DNA of 64,000 bases from Minisyncoccia bacterium (lineage in GTDB: Bacteria; Patescibacteriota; Minisyncoccia; Phycocordibacterales; UBA9973): the NCBI GenBank assembly GCA_038323465.1, contig JBBQGX010000001.1, forward strand, positions 10,980 through 74,979, given 5' to 3'. The translations under genes were made by a program, and so were the position numbers. Positions 56,242-64,000 of this stretch are shown here, piece after piece. The stretch's first letter is position 1. Every line of letters begins with the position of its first letter. Under the pieces are notes generated by a model that ran no database searches, had not been told where the DNA came from, and saw only the letters and a list, made by a program, of their open reading frames with translations.

Positions 56242-57951
56242 TTATCTATCAGGTGGAACGTTGTAATAATTTAGTAGAAATTTTGTGATTTCGACAAATG
56301 GTGGAATAAGTGTTTGAGATGCATATTTTACATTCTTAGGATTTTTCAAGAAGAGAAAAACAATAAACTGTGGATCATAAGCCGGAAAATATCCAAAAAA
56401 TGAGTGTGTATGGCGATCAGTATAATAACCTTTGCCGTTCTCCATAGCAACCTGAGCTGTCCCTGTCTTTGAAGCAATACTATAATGTTCCATTTTATGA
56501 TTTCCATTATCATAAGCTTCAAATACGTGGACAAGCATCCGAGAAATTGTTTCTGAGGTCTCTTTCTTTATTATACCAGAACTTGAGACAGGATACTCTA
56601 ATATTTTAAAAGAACCATCTTTATATCTAATTTGTTTGGTTAAATGAGGGATTACTAAATCTCCACCATTAGCAATTAAAGAAAAAGCTCTCACTGCCTC
56701 AATTGGAGTTAAAGCAATACCTTGACCAAAAGAAGCATTAGCATACTCAATATCGCGCGGACTCTGTAGGTTACTTATCAAACCAGATGTTTCATTTGGT
56801 AAATCTATCCCAGTTTTTTCTCCTATACCATATGACTTCATGTATGTACGAAATTTGTCATGACCTAATTTGCTCTCCACAAAAACCATCCCAGTATTTA
56901 AAGACTGATCAAGGACTGTTTGCATTGGGACTGTTCCTCTCCCCTTTTTATCGAAGTTATAAATATCTTTCTTATTAACAGTCACGAAACCTTTATCAAA
57001 ATAAGTAGTTAGAGGTGTGACAACTCCAGTATCTAGTGCCGCTGACATAACAAGAGGTTTTATCACAGAACCAAACTCTAAAACATCTTCAACTATTATA
57101 TTGCGATAAACATTAGTTTTTTTTACATCCCCAAATTTATTTAGATCAAAAGAAGGCATGCTAGCGATAGCATATATTTCTCCTGTCTGAGGATTCATAA
57201 TGATACCTCCTGCAGAATCTGCATTCCAATTATTAAATGTTGTTCCAAGTACATCTTCGAGAGTATGCTGAGTTGATGGTTCTATTGTTGTAACTATATC
57301 TCCTTGTTTTTCAGTATTAATAACTGATTCTTTTATGTTTGAAAATACTTCCGCAAAAAAATTTACATAGGCCTCATCTTTTGGTTTAGATAAAATATTA
57401 TTATAAAATCTCTCAAGTCCATATTGACCTATTTTGTCATCACCCTTATAAGCCAAAAAACCGAGAGTCTGCGAAGCCAATTCTCCTCCAGGATAGAATC
57501 TCCAATTATCTTTAAAAATAGAGACCCCAGAAATTTTTAAATTATCAATTTCACCAACTTGTTCTTTTGTTAAGTGATATGCGATTTCTTCATAGGGATC
57601 ACTTATTCTATTGGCCTTAGTGATAAAAGTATCATGATCCATTTCCATATAAGGAGATAAAGCTTTGTATGTAGCTTCTTTATCTTTAATATCCTTAGCT
57701 CTTATAGCTATCTTGAACCCAGAAGAAACAGTTGCAGCTGCTACAAGTGATCCATCTTTTTTTGAGAAAAATATTGAACCTCGATCGAAAATATTACTAG
57801 CAGGAGTAGCGTATTGCCTATCTGCTTTTTCAGAATATAGATTTTGGTGAATTATTTGTACAAAAAATAATTTCGATATTAAAATAATAGCAAAAATAAA
57901 AATAAAAGCAGAAACAATCATTATTCGTGAATGAAACGATGATAAATTCAT
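56242..57951 (-). CDS. ftsI: Class B penicillin-binding protein (FtsI position)
   Basis: N-terminal TM, RGSI, SVIK (SxxK), SLN (SxN), KTGT; follows ftsL. Confidence 0.9.
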   Translation of the reverse strand: MNLSSFHSRIMIVSAFIFIFAIILISKLFFVQIIHQNLYSEKADRQYATPASNIFDRGSIFFSKKDGSLVAAATVSSGFKIAIRAKDIKDKEATYKALSPYMEMDHDTFITKANRISDPYEEIAYHLTKEQVGEIDNLKISGVSIFKDNWRFYPGGELASQTLGFLAYKGDDKIGQYGLERFYNNILSKPKDEAYVNFFAEVFSNIKESVINTEKQGDIVTTIEPSTQHTLEDVLGTTFNNWNADSAGGIIMNPQTGEIYAIASMPSFDLNKFGDVKKTNVYRNIIVEDVLEFGSVIKPLVMSAALDTGVVTPLTTYFDKGFVTVNKKDIYNFDKKGRGTVPMQTVLDQSLNTGMVFVESKLGHDKFRTYMKSYGIGEKTGIDLPNETSGLISNLQSPRDIEYANASFGQGIALTPIEAVRAFSLIANGGDLVIPHLTKQIRYKDGSFKILEYPVSSSGIIKKETSETISRMLVHVFEAYDNGNHKMEHYSIASKTGTAQVAMENGKGYYTDRHTHSFFGYFPAYDPQFIVFLFLKNPKNVKYASQTLIPPFVEITKFLLNYYNVPPDR

Positions 57952-58274
57952 TATCTAATAGCTACATGAGTAATAGAACGAGTAGCAAAAATATTTGAAT
58001 GAGTCTCTATGTACCCAAGCGACAAAGCTCGTGATTTATTTATTTCATTCATATTGTTTAAGTAATTTAACTCTAATTGGCTGATATTACTACCTAAGAT
58101 AACTGCTGTATTTTCAAGAGATTTACGAGCAACCACATTAAAAGTGATAGAACCAATCATATATACATAAAAAATTGAAAGAAATACCAAAGAACCAATA
58201 AGTACGCGGAATATTACTTTTTGCGTGTAAGTATTCCCTACTATTTCTTTTGTTATTATTTTTGTTTTACTCAT
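57951..58274 (-). CDS. ftsL: FtsL-like single-TM coiled-coil protein
   Basis: One TM plus heptad region and A..LGY; lies between rsmH and ftsI. Confidence 0.6.
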   Translation of the reverse strand: MSKTKIITKEIVGNTYTQKVIFRVLIGSLVFLSIFYVYMIGSITFNVVARKSLENTAVILGSNISQLELNYLNNMNEINKSRALSLGYIETHSNIFATRSITHVAIR

Positions 58275-58284
58275 ATTTTTATAT

Positions 58285-59178
58285 TTATATTTTTTTAATT
58301 AATCTTAATTTTGAACTACGTGCCCGAGGATTTATTTTCAGCTCTTCATATTTTGGAATTATCGGTTTTTTTGTTAATATTTCTCCTTTTCCTTTTTGCT
58401 TCAAATCAACATAAGCTCTCTTTACTATTCTATCTTCTAAACTATGAAATGATATTATTGACATCCTTCCATCTGTCTTTAGACAATTAAAACCTTTTTC
58501 TATCACCTGTTCTAAGTTCGAAAGCTCACTATTTGTCGCAATGCGTAAAGCTTGAAAGGTTCTTGTTGCTGGATGAATTTTCATACCTCTATAATTCCTT
58601 CCAACAGCTTCGTCTATGATTTTTACTAAATCAAAAGTTGTCTCTATTTCTTTCTCTTTTCGTGCTTCAACAATCTTTTTTGCAATTCTTCTTGAGTATT
58701 TCTCTTCTCCAAAACCATAAATGATATCTGCAATACTTTCTTCCCCCCAAATGTTTACAATATCCTTTGCTGTCAAATCTTCATCTGTAGGTTCTTTCTT
58801 CATAGTCATAAGCAAGGGTTCGTCTTTCAAGAAAGAGAAACCTCTACCTGCAACTTCTAATTGAAATGAACTAATACCCAAATCAAGCAATATACCATCA
58901 ACTTCCTTAATCCCAAGATCTTTTAGAACTTTATCAATATCTTGAAATCCAGAATTCACAAAAACAAAATCATTCGGAGTGTCTTTTATTAGATCTTCTG
59001 TTCTAGACTTTGCATCAAAATCTAAATCAAGTCCGATAATCTTTATACTTGAACCAAAACGCTTTATCATCTCATAAGTGTGCCCACCACCACCTAAAGT
59101 ACCATCCACTATGATGTCTCCTTTCTTTATAGCAAGACCATCTATAGATTCATTTTTTAAAACAGGAATATGTGTCAT
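58285..59178 (-). CDS. rsmH: 16S rRNA m4C1402 methyltransferase
   Basis: HIPVL, DGTLGGGGH, DLGISSFQ, HPATRTFQALRI, FHSLEDR. Confidence 0.98.
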   Translation of the reverse strand: MTHIPVLKNESIDGLAIKKGDIIVDGTLGGGGHTYEMIKRFGSSIKIIGLDLDFDAKSRTEDLIKDTPNDFVFVNSGFQDIDKVLKDLGIKEVDGILLDLGISSFQLEVAGRGFSFLKDEPLLMTMKKEPTDEDLTAKDIVNIWGEESIADIIYGFGEEKYSRRIAKKIVEARKEKEIETTFDLVKIIDEAVGRNYRGMKIHPATRTFQALRIATNSELSNLEQVIEKGFNCLKTDGRMSIISFHSLEDRIVKRAYVDLKQKGKGEILTKKPIIPKYEELKINPRARSSKLRLIKKI

Positions 59179-59179
59179 A

Positions 59180-59614
59180 TTAAAGAACTCCTATCTGCCC
59201 TAATTTATCTGCGAGAGCATCAGCCTGTGTTTCTACTAACTTCTTGTAATCATTCCAAGCCTTTTCATTCCATATTTCTGCACGATTCTGTACTCCGATA
59301 ACTACTACTTTGTTCGTAAGACTTGATCTATTTTTTAAATTTTCCGGAATTAGTATTCGTCCATTGGCATCCACATCAACTATGGCTGCTTGACCAAACA
59401 TAAATCTCGAGAAACTTCTATTGTCTGACGCCAACATTGAGGAATCTGATAATTTCTCTGATACTTTTTGCCACTCTTTAGTGGTGAAAATTGAAAGACA
59501 ATTATCGAGCCCTGGAGCAACAACAATACTCTTCCCCATCTCCTTTCGGAATTTAACGGGTAATGACATTCTATTCTTTTCATCTAGTGTATGTGTGTAT
59601 TCTCCAATAAGCAT
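59180..59614 (-). CDS. mraZ: Division/cell wall cluster regulator MraZ
   Basis: GEYTHTLDEKNR, DANGRILIP, EIW. Confidence 0.97.
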   Translation of the reverse strand: MLIGEYTHTLDEKNRMSLPVKFRKEMGKSIVVAPGLDNCLSIFTTKEWQKVSEKLSDSSMLASDNRSFSRFMFGQAAIVDVDANGRILIPENLKNRSSLTNKVVVIGVQNRAEIWNEKAWNDYKKLVETQADALADKLGQIGVL

Positions 59615-59647
59615 AATAATATTATGAAATATAGTTATTATTCTGAA

Positions 59648-59716
59648 ATCCCACTATATCCCACTTAAATATATTATACACCACTTCATCCCACAATACA
59701 AACAAGCTATCCCACT
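59648..59716 (-). promoter_or_regulatory. MraZ boxes around the mraZ promoter
   Basis: CCAC (GTGG on the minus strand) at 59651, 59661, 59681, 59691 and 59712, in about 10-bp phase, flanking TATAAT at 59674-59679. Confidence 0.85.
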
Positions 59717-59981
59717 CAAAACTGTGCATAACTTATAAAAATATGATTAATAAAATATCCTTATTTAGTAAGGTTAAATTAATTTCTATAATAATTATTT
59801 AGACTAGAGTAATAAAAGTTTTTGTTCTTTATCATATATTGATAATAAAAAAGCAATAATTGTTGCATAGGAATAAATAATACTAATTGGGAATAAGTAA
59901 ACTTTCCTGATACGGATCTAGTGTTATGAGCCTCGAACAATAGGTGTAATTTTATAAGGGTTTCCTTTGCAAAAAAGAACA

Positions 59982-60021
59982 AAAGCCGTACTCATCAATT
60001 CAATTGATCGAGTACGGCTTT
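59982..60021 (-). terminator. Terminator after lysS
   Basis: AAAGCCGTACTC...GAGTACGGCTTT. Confidence 0.75.
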
Positions 60022-60046
60022 AATTTTTATATAATCTAAAAATATA

Positions 60047-61534
60047 TTATTCCTTAGGTCTCATTGTAGGAAAGAATACAACATCACGAAGATTTTTCTG
60101 CTCTGTGAATATCGCTACTATCCTATCTATCCCCATACCAAAGCCTGTCATAGGTGGCATTCCGTGCTCCATAGCTGTCAAAAATCCCTCATTTACATCC
60201 ATGGCTTCATCGTCTCCTTTCTCTTTTGCATTTGCCTGAGCTTCAAGTAGACTTCTCTGTATCAAAGGATTCACAAGCTCGGCATACTGATTTGTTATCT
60301 CTGCTCCAGCGATAATAAGCTGACAGACCTTCGCTGTACCATTCTCATTCTGTTGAGCTAAAGGTTTTAAATCTCCAGGAAAGTCTGTAACAAATGTCGG
60401 ATTGATTATTTTACCTCTTGAAGATTTCTTATATATTTTATCTAGTAAATTACCGCGTCCAAGTTTCATCACTTCTTCTTCTTTAACTCCCCATTTCAAA
60501 GCTTCTTTCTGTGCTTCTTCGGTAGTTATAGTTTCGATATCTATATCTGCATCTTTCTTTAATAATTCTCCAAATGCAACACGAGGCCACTCTAGACTTA
60601 TATCTACATCTACTTCATTACCTTCATTGTCGTAAACTTTGTAAATATTTTTACCTACAACATTAATAGCGATAGACTTTATAAGCTCCTCTGTCCATTT
60701 CATATTCGTTTCTAGACTTTGATACGCTGCATACCACTCTATCATTGTGAATTCTTGTAAATGTGTAGGGTCCGAACCTTCATTTCTAAAGTTTTTACCT
60801 ATTTCGTAAACTCTCTCATACCCACCAACCATAAGCATTTTATGCTCAAGTTCTAAGGATATACGAAGAACCATATCCATATCATAATCATTATGATGAG
60901 TGTTGAATGTTTTAGCCATAGCTCCACCTGCTTGATTCTGTAAAATTGGAGTCTCTATCTCTAGGAAATCCTTTTTATCAAAAAATTCTCTAACAAATTT
61001 AATGATCTTAGATCTAACGATGAAGCGGTCATATACTTCCTTATCCATAAGTATATCTAAATATCTTTTACGATAAGTCTCTTCCAAATCTTGAAGTCCA
61101 TGCCATTTATCAGGAAGAGGTAAAAGTGCCTTAGTAGCCATGTACCAATCTTTTATCAAAATACTTTGCTCCCCACGTTGAGTTATAAATAGTGAACCTG
61201 TAACAGAAATGAAATCTCCATTGTCAACAGTATCAACAAATAGATTAAATAATTCTTCTTTTAATTCATCTTTTTTTAATACAGCTTGAAAACGGTCAGC
61301 TCCATCTAAAAGTACGATGAAAAGTATTGCCCCTTGTCCACGTACAACCATTACTCTCCCTGCGATAGAAACATTCTCTGTTTCAGATCCGACAGCAAGA
61401 GTTTCAAAGGAGTCTTTGATTTTTTTAATGGAATAATCGCGAGGGATAGAAACAGGATACGGATTCATACCTGCTTCTTTTAGTTTATTAATTTTGTTTA
61501 ATCGCGCTGTACGCAATTCTTCTATTGATGCCAT
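60047..61534 (-). CDS. lysS: Lysine--tRNA ligase (class II)
   Basis: YRKRYLD, FRNEG, EFTMIEWY, GMPP..GFGMGIDR; start moved to MASIEE. Confidence 0.98.
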   Translation of the reverse strand: MASIEELRTARLNKINKLKEAGMNPYPVSIPRDYSIKKIKDSFETLAVGSETENVSIAGRVMVVRGQGAILFIVLLDGADRFQAVLKKDELKEELFNLFVDTVDNGDFISVTGSLFITQRGEQSILIKDWYMATKALLPLPDKWHGLQDLEETYRKRYLDILMDKEVYDRFIVRSKIIKFVREFFDKKDFLEIETPILQNQAGGAMAKTFNTHHNDYDMDMVLRISLELEHKMLMVGGYERVYEIGKNFRNEGSDPTHLQEFTMIEWYAAYQSLETNMKWTEELIKSIAINVVGKNIYKVYDNEGNEVDVDISLEWPRVAFGELLKKDADIDIETITTEEAQKEALKWGVKEEEVMKLGRGNLLDKIYKKSSRGKIINPTFVTDFPGDLKPLAQQNENGTAKVCQLIIAGAEITNQYAELVNPLIQRSLLEAQANAKEKGDDEAMDVNEGFLTAMEHGMPPMTGFGMGIDRIVAIFTEQKNLRDVVFFPTMRPKE

Positions 61535-61538
61535 TTCC

Positions 61539-62003
61539 TTATTGTATATCAATAAGGGTGTACTTGACTAGCCCCTTGGGAGTTTTAATAGAAACAATAT
61601 CATCTTTTTTCTTACCAAAAAGAGCTCCACCTAAGGGAGATTTATTTGAAATTTTATTGTGAATCATGTCAGCTTCTTCAGCTCCAACAATATTGTAAAT
61701 TATCGTTTCTTTTACTCCATCTTTTTTAACAACAACAGTTGTTCCAATTTCAACTTTTGAACTTTTATGTTTCTTAACAACAATAGCAGATTGAAGCATG
61801 TGCTCAATTTGATTTATGCGATCTTCTGTTTTTCCTTGATCTTCGCGAGCTTGATGATATTCAGCATTCTCTGATAAGTCACCGAGTGCTTTCGCAGACT
61901 CAAGAGATTCTAATATCTCTTTTCTTTTAATGGTTTTTAATGTTTTAAGCTCACCCATTAATACCTGTTTTTTCTCTTCTGTTATATAATTTATTTCTTC
62001 CAT
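61539..62003 (-). CDS. greA: Transcription elongation factor GreA
   Basis: GDLSENAEY, IS.KSPLG.AL. Confidence 0.97.
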   Translation of the reverse strand: MEEINYITEEKKQVLMGELKTLKTIKRKEILESLESAKALGDLSENAEYHQAREDQGKTEDRINQIEHMLQSAIVVKKHKSSKVEIGTTVVVKKDGVKETIIYNIVGAEEADMIHNKISNKSPLGGALFGKKKDDIVSIKTPKGLVKYTLIDIQ

Positions 62004-62054
62004 AGTTGGAGAATTGTAGCAGTTATTGATAAATAAGTCAAAGAAATAGAGAAA

Positions 62055-63752
62055 TTATTTAAAGTATTCTGGGGTATAAACACTCATATAATCAATGACT
62101 TCACTCATAACTCGAGTGGCATTACCTGAGGCCGCTTTTGGACCACGTTCCATTAAAACAGCAAAAGAATATTTAGGATTATCATATGGGAAGAAACCAA
62201 CAATCCAAGAGTTTGTATTTGTATTCCCTAAGCCGACCTGAGCCGTTCCTGACTTTGCTGCTACTTTGACAGTAGGTAGGTTTAGTGCTGTAGCAGTACC
62301 TTCTGTTACAGCCATTCGCATACCTTCTTTTATAACTTTCATTTTGTCTTTATCAATTGGAATAACTACTTTTTTGTCCTCATATATTTTATCTGATAAC
62401 CTCAAGTGAGGTGTCGGAATTATGCCATCAGTAGCAATACCAGCGACTGCTCTAGCTACCGATAATGGAGTAACCTGAAAACCGTATTGACCAATAGATG
62501 TATTATAAGTATCTCCAACTCTCCATGCATCACCTTTAAATTTTTTTAATTTCCATTCTGGGGTAGGAATAATTCCAGATTTCTCTGCTCCAACATCAAT
62601 TCCAGATTTTTGAGCAATACCAAACATTTGAGAATATTTATCAATATTTAATATTCCTAAACCTTTTTGATTTTCATACCCTCCTCCGATTTCATAAAAA
62701 TAAACGTCTGAAGAGATTGCGATAGCTTTTCTCATGTCAATATTTCCAAATGATCCATGGTCTTTAAATATGGATTTATTTTCGGGGAAATATGGATTTG
62801 GGATAGAGATAGAACCATTTGAAAGTATTAGTTTTGAAGGACTAATAACATTCTCAGCAAGCGCAGCATAAGCAAAAAAAGGTTTAACAATAGAACCCGG
62901 AGTATACAATCCTGATATAGGGCGACTAAGAAATACTTTTCTTTTGTCTGAAAAATAACTATTTATAGTTTTTTTGTCATCACCTTGAGATAAAATGTTT
63001 GAATCATACTCAGGATAACTAACCATAGCAAGTATTTCTCCTGTCTTAATTTCCATTAAAACCCCAGCTCCTCCTGAAAAAGAAGCATTGTTTGCCATCG
63101 AAAGGATGGAGTCATACATTCTTTTTTGTATTTTACTATCTATAGAAAGTTTAATATTTGTTCCAGAAACTGGTGGTGTCACAATATTTTCAGATTGAAT
63201 TGTACCCTTCACATCAGTCTCAGTTATTCGAACCCCATTTTTACCATTCAAAATAGAATCATATGATTTTTCTATTCCGTCTTTTCCTATAAATGAATCT
63301 TGCCAATAGTTCCCAGAGGAATCTTTAGAAGGTGATGAAACATAACCAAGTAAGAGGCTAAAACCATTGTCTTTTATATATAACCTTATTGGTGAGGAAA
63401 ATTTATTTAAATCTTCTTTGTTCCAAGAATTCCAAACTAAAAGGACTTCATTTCTATCATAAACGAGACCACGGTCAGCAAATATAGGTTTTTTCATTAA
63501 TGTATTATTTTCACTCTTTTTAAAATAAGCCTCACCTTTTATTATCTGGAGACTCCCTAATTTATAAATAAAAATTAAAGAGCAGAATATAAAGAACATA
63601 CCAAGGGTAAAAATTGATCTCTTTGGAATTGTCCTCTCTAGTCGCCCCTCAAATTGCTGAGTGTTAAACTCAGGCAAATTTTTTGAATCTAGGAATATCT
63701 CATCTGGGGCAATATCTCTTTTTATTTGATTATTATTTATGTGGAAAGACAT
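62055..63752 (-). CDS. mrdA: Penicillin-binding protein 2 (class B)
   Basis: RGLVYDRN, PGSIVK, SSDVYFY, KSGTAQ. Confidence 0.9.
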   Translation of the reverse strand: MSFHINNNQIKRDIAPDEIFLDSKNLPEFNTQQFEGRLERTIPKRSIFTLGMFFIFCSLIFIYKLGSLQIIKGEAYFKKSENNTLMKKPIFADRGLVYDRNEVLLVWNSWNKEDLNKFSSPIRLYIKDNGFSLLLGYVSSPSKDSSGNYWQDSFIGKDGIEKSYDSILNGKNGVRITETDVKGTIQSENIVTPPVSGTNIKLSIDSKIQKRMYDSILSMANNASFSGGAGVLMEIKTGEILAMVSYPEYDSNILSQGDDKKTINSYFSDKRKVFLSRPISGLYTPGSIVKPFFAYAALAENVISPSKLILSNGSISIPNPYFPENKSIFKDHGSFGNIDMRKAIAISSDVYFYEIGGGYENQKGLGILNIDKYSQMFGIAQKSGIDVGAEKSGIIPTPEWKLKKFKGDAWRVGDTYNTSIGQYGFQVTPLSVARAVAGIATDGIIPTPHLRLSDKIYEDKKVVIPIDKDKMKVIKEGMRMAVTEGTATALNLPTVKVAAKSGTAQVGLGNTNTNSWIVGFFPYDNPKYSFAVLMERGPKAASGNATRVMSEVIDYMSVYTPEYFK

Positions 63753-64000
63753 TGTTGTTTTTATATAATATTATTCGATCTTTTAAAGATTGAATTAATA
63801 AATAAAATACTCCTATTGATAAATAAAACAAGGTTGAGGAACTAATTATTGATAAATTTGGAACTGTTGATAAAATAAATATTATAATACCTGTAGCCAG
63901 AAACTCATAAAAATTCATAAAAACAAATAGCCCAACCATAGCCAAGATCGCAGTGTACCACCAAGGCAAAAGGAATATCGACAAAAACAGTAATATATCA
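63733..64000 (-). CDS. Partial multi-TM protein in the mreD position
   Basis: Hydrophobic ORF open to the window end, overlapping the mrdA start. Confidence 0.55.
   Translation of the reverse strand, partial: DILLFLSIFLLPWWYTAILAMVGLFVFMNFYEFLATGIIIFILSTVPNLSIISSSTLFYLSIGVFYLLIQSLKDRIILYKNNNVFPHK

Noticed and set aside
59779-59982. 67-aa ORF between lysS and mraZ
   Set aside because: Non-ATG start at the edge of the lysS terminator, low complexity, no motif; may be decayed DNA.
1-64000. Alternative genetic code (UGA=Gly) and the many short antisense ORFs in the track
   Set aside because: Core genes are full length in code 11 and TGA ends a gene at the ThiF/dehydrogenase ATGA overlap; the antisense ORFs are shadows of well-supported genes.

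Overview
AT-rich bacterial chromosome segment read in the standard code 11, with nearly all genes on the minus strand. Gene content and protein forms point to a Patescibacteria/CPR (Parcubacteria-like) genome (inference): short AspRS and AlaRS, a split dcw cluster, a sigma4-HTH protein and a PaaX/Cas2-like wHTH protein. Most of the window is housekeeping: gap, gatB, tRNA-Leu(TAA), six aminoacyl-tRNA synthetases, mraY-ftsW-murG, scpAB, dnaB-recR, grpE/dnaK/dnaJ, the infA-rpsI ribosomal block, mnmA, mltG, typA, mraZ-rsmH-ftsL-ftsI-murF, greA and mrdA. An accessory block between cysS and dnaJ (17.5-30.6 kb) holds two clusters. The first is a tightly coupled five-gene unit: Rv1355c-type ThiF, Leu/Phe/Val dehydrogenase, PaaK-like adenylate-forming ligase, Acg/TyzC-like nitroreductase and a 7TM histidine kinase. 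It is the best candidate for an undescribed make-and-sense small-molecule signalling system. The second is a complete arginine-to-polyamine operon with a deoxyhypusine-synthase homologue. Other signals: a perfect 30-bp palindrome between the back-to-back -35 boxes of dnaK and a divergent PaaX/Cas2-like gene; a family of nested palindromic elements, some inserted in frame in mnmA, rpsI and a methyltransferase; and many apparently leaderless genes. I saw no CRISPR array, rRNA, integrase or transposase. All calls come from reading motifs by eye; no searches were run.
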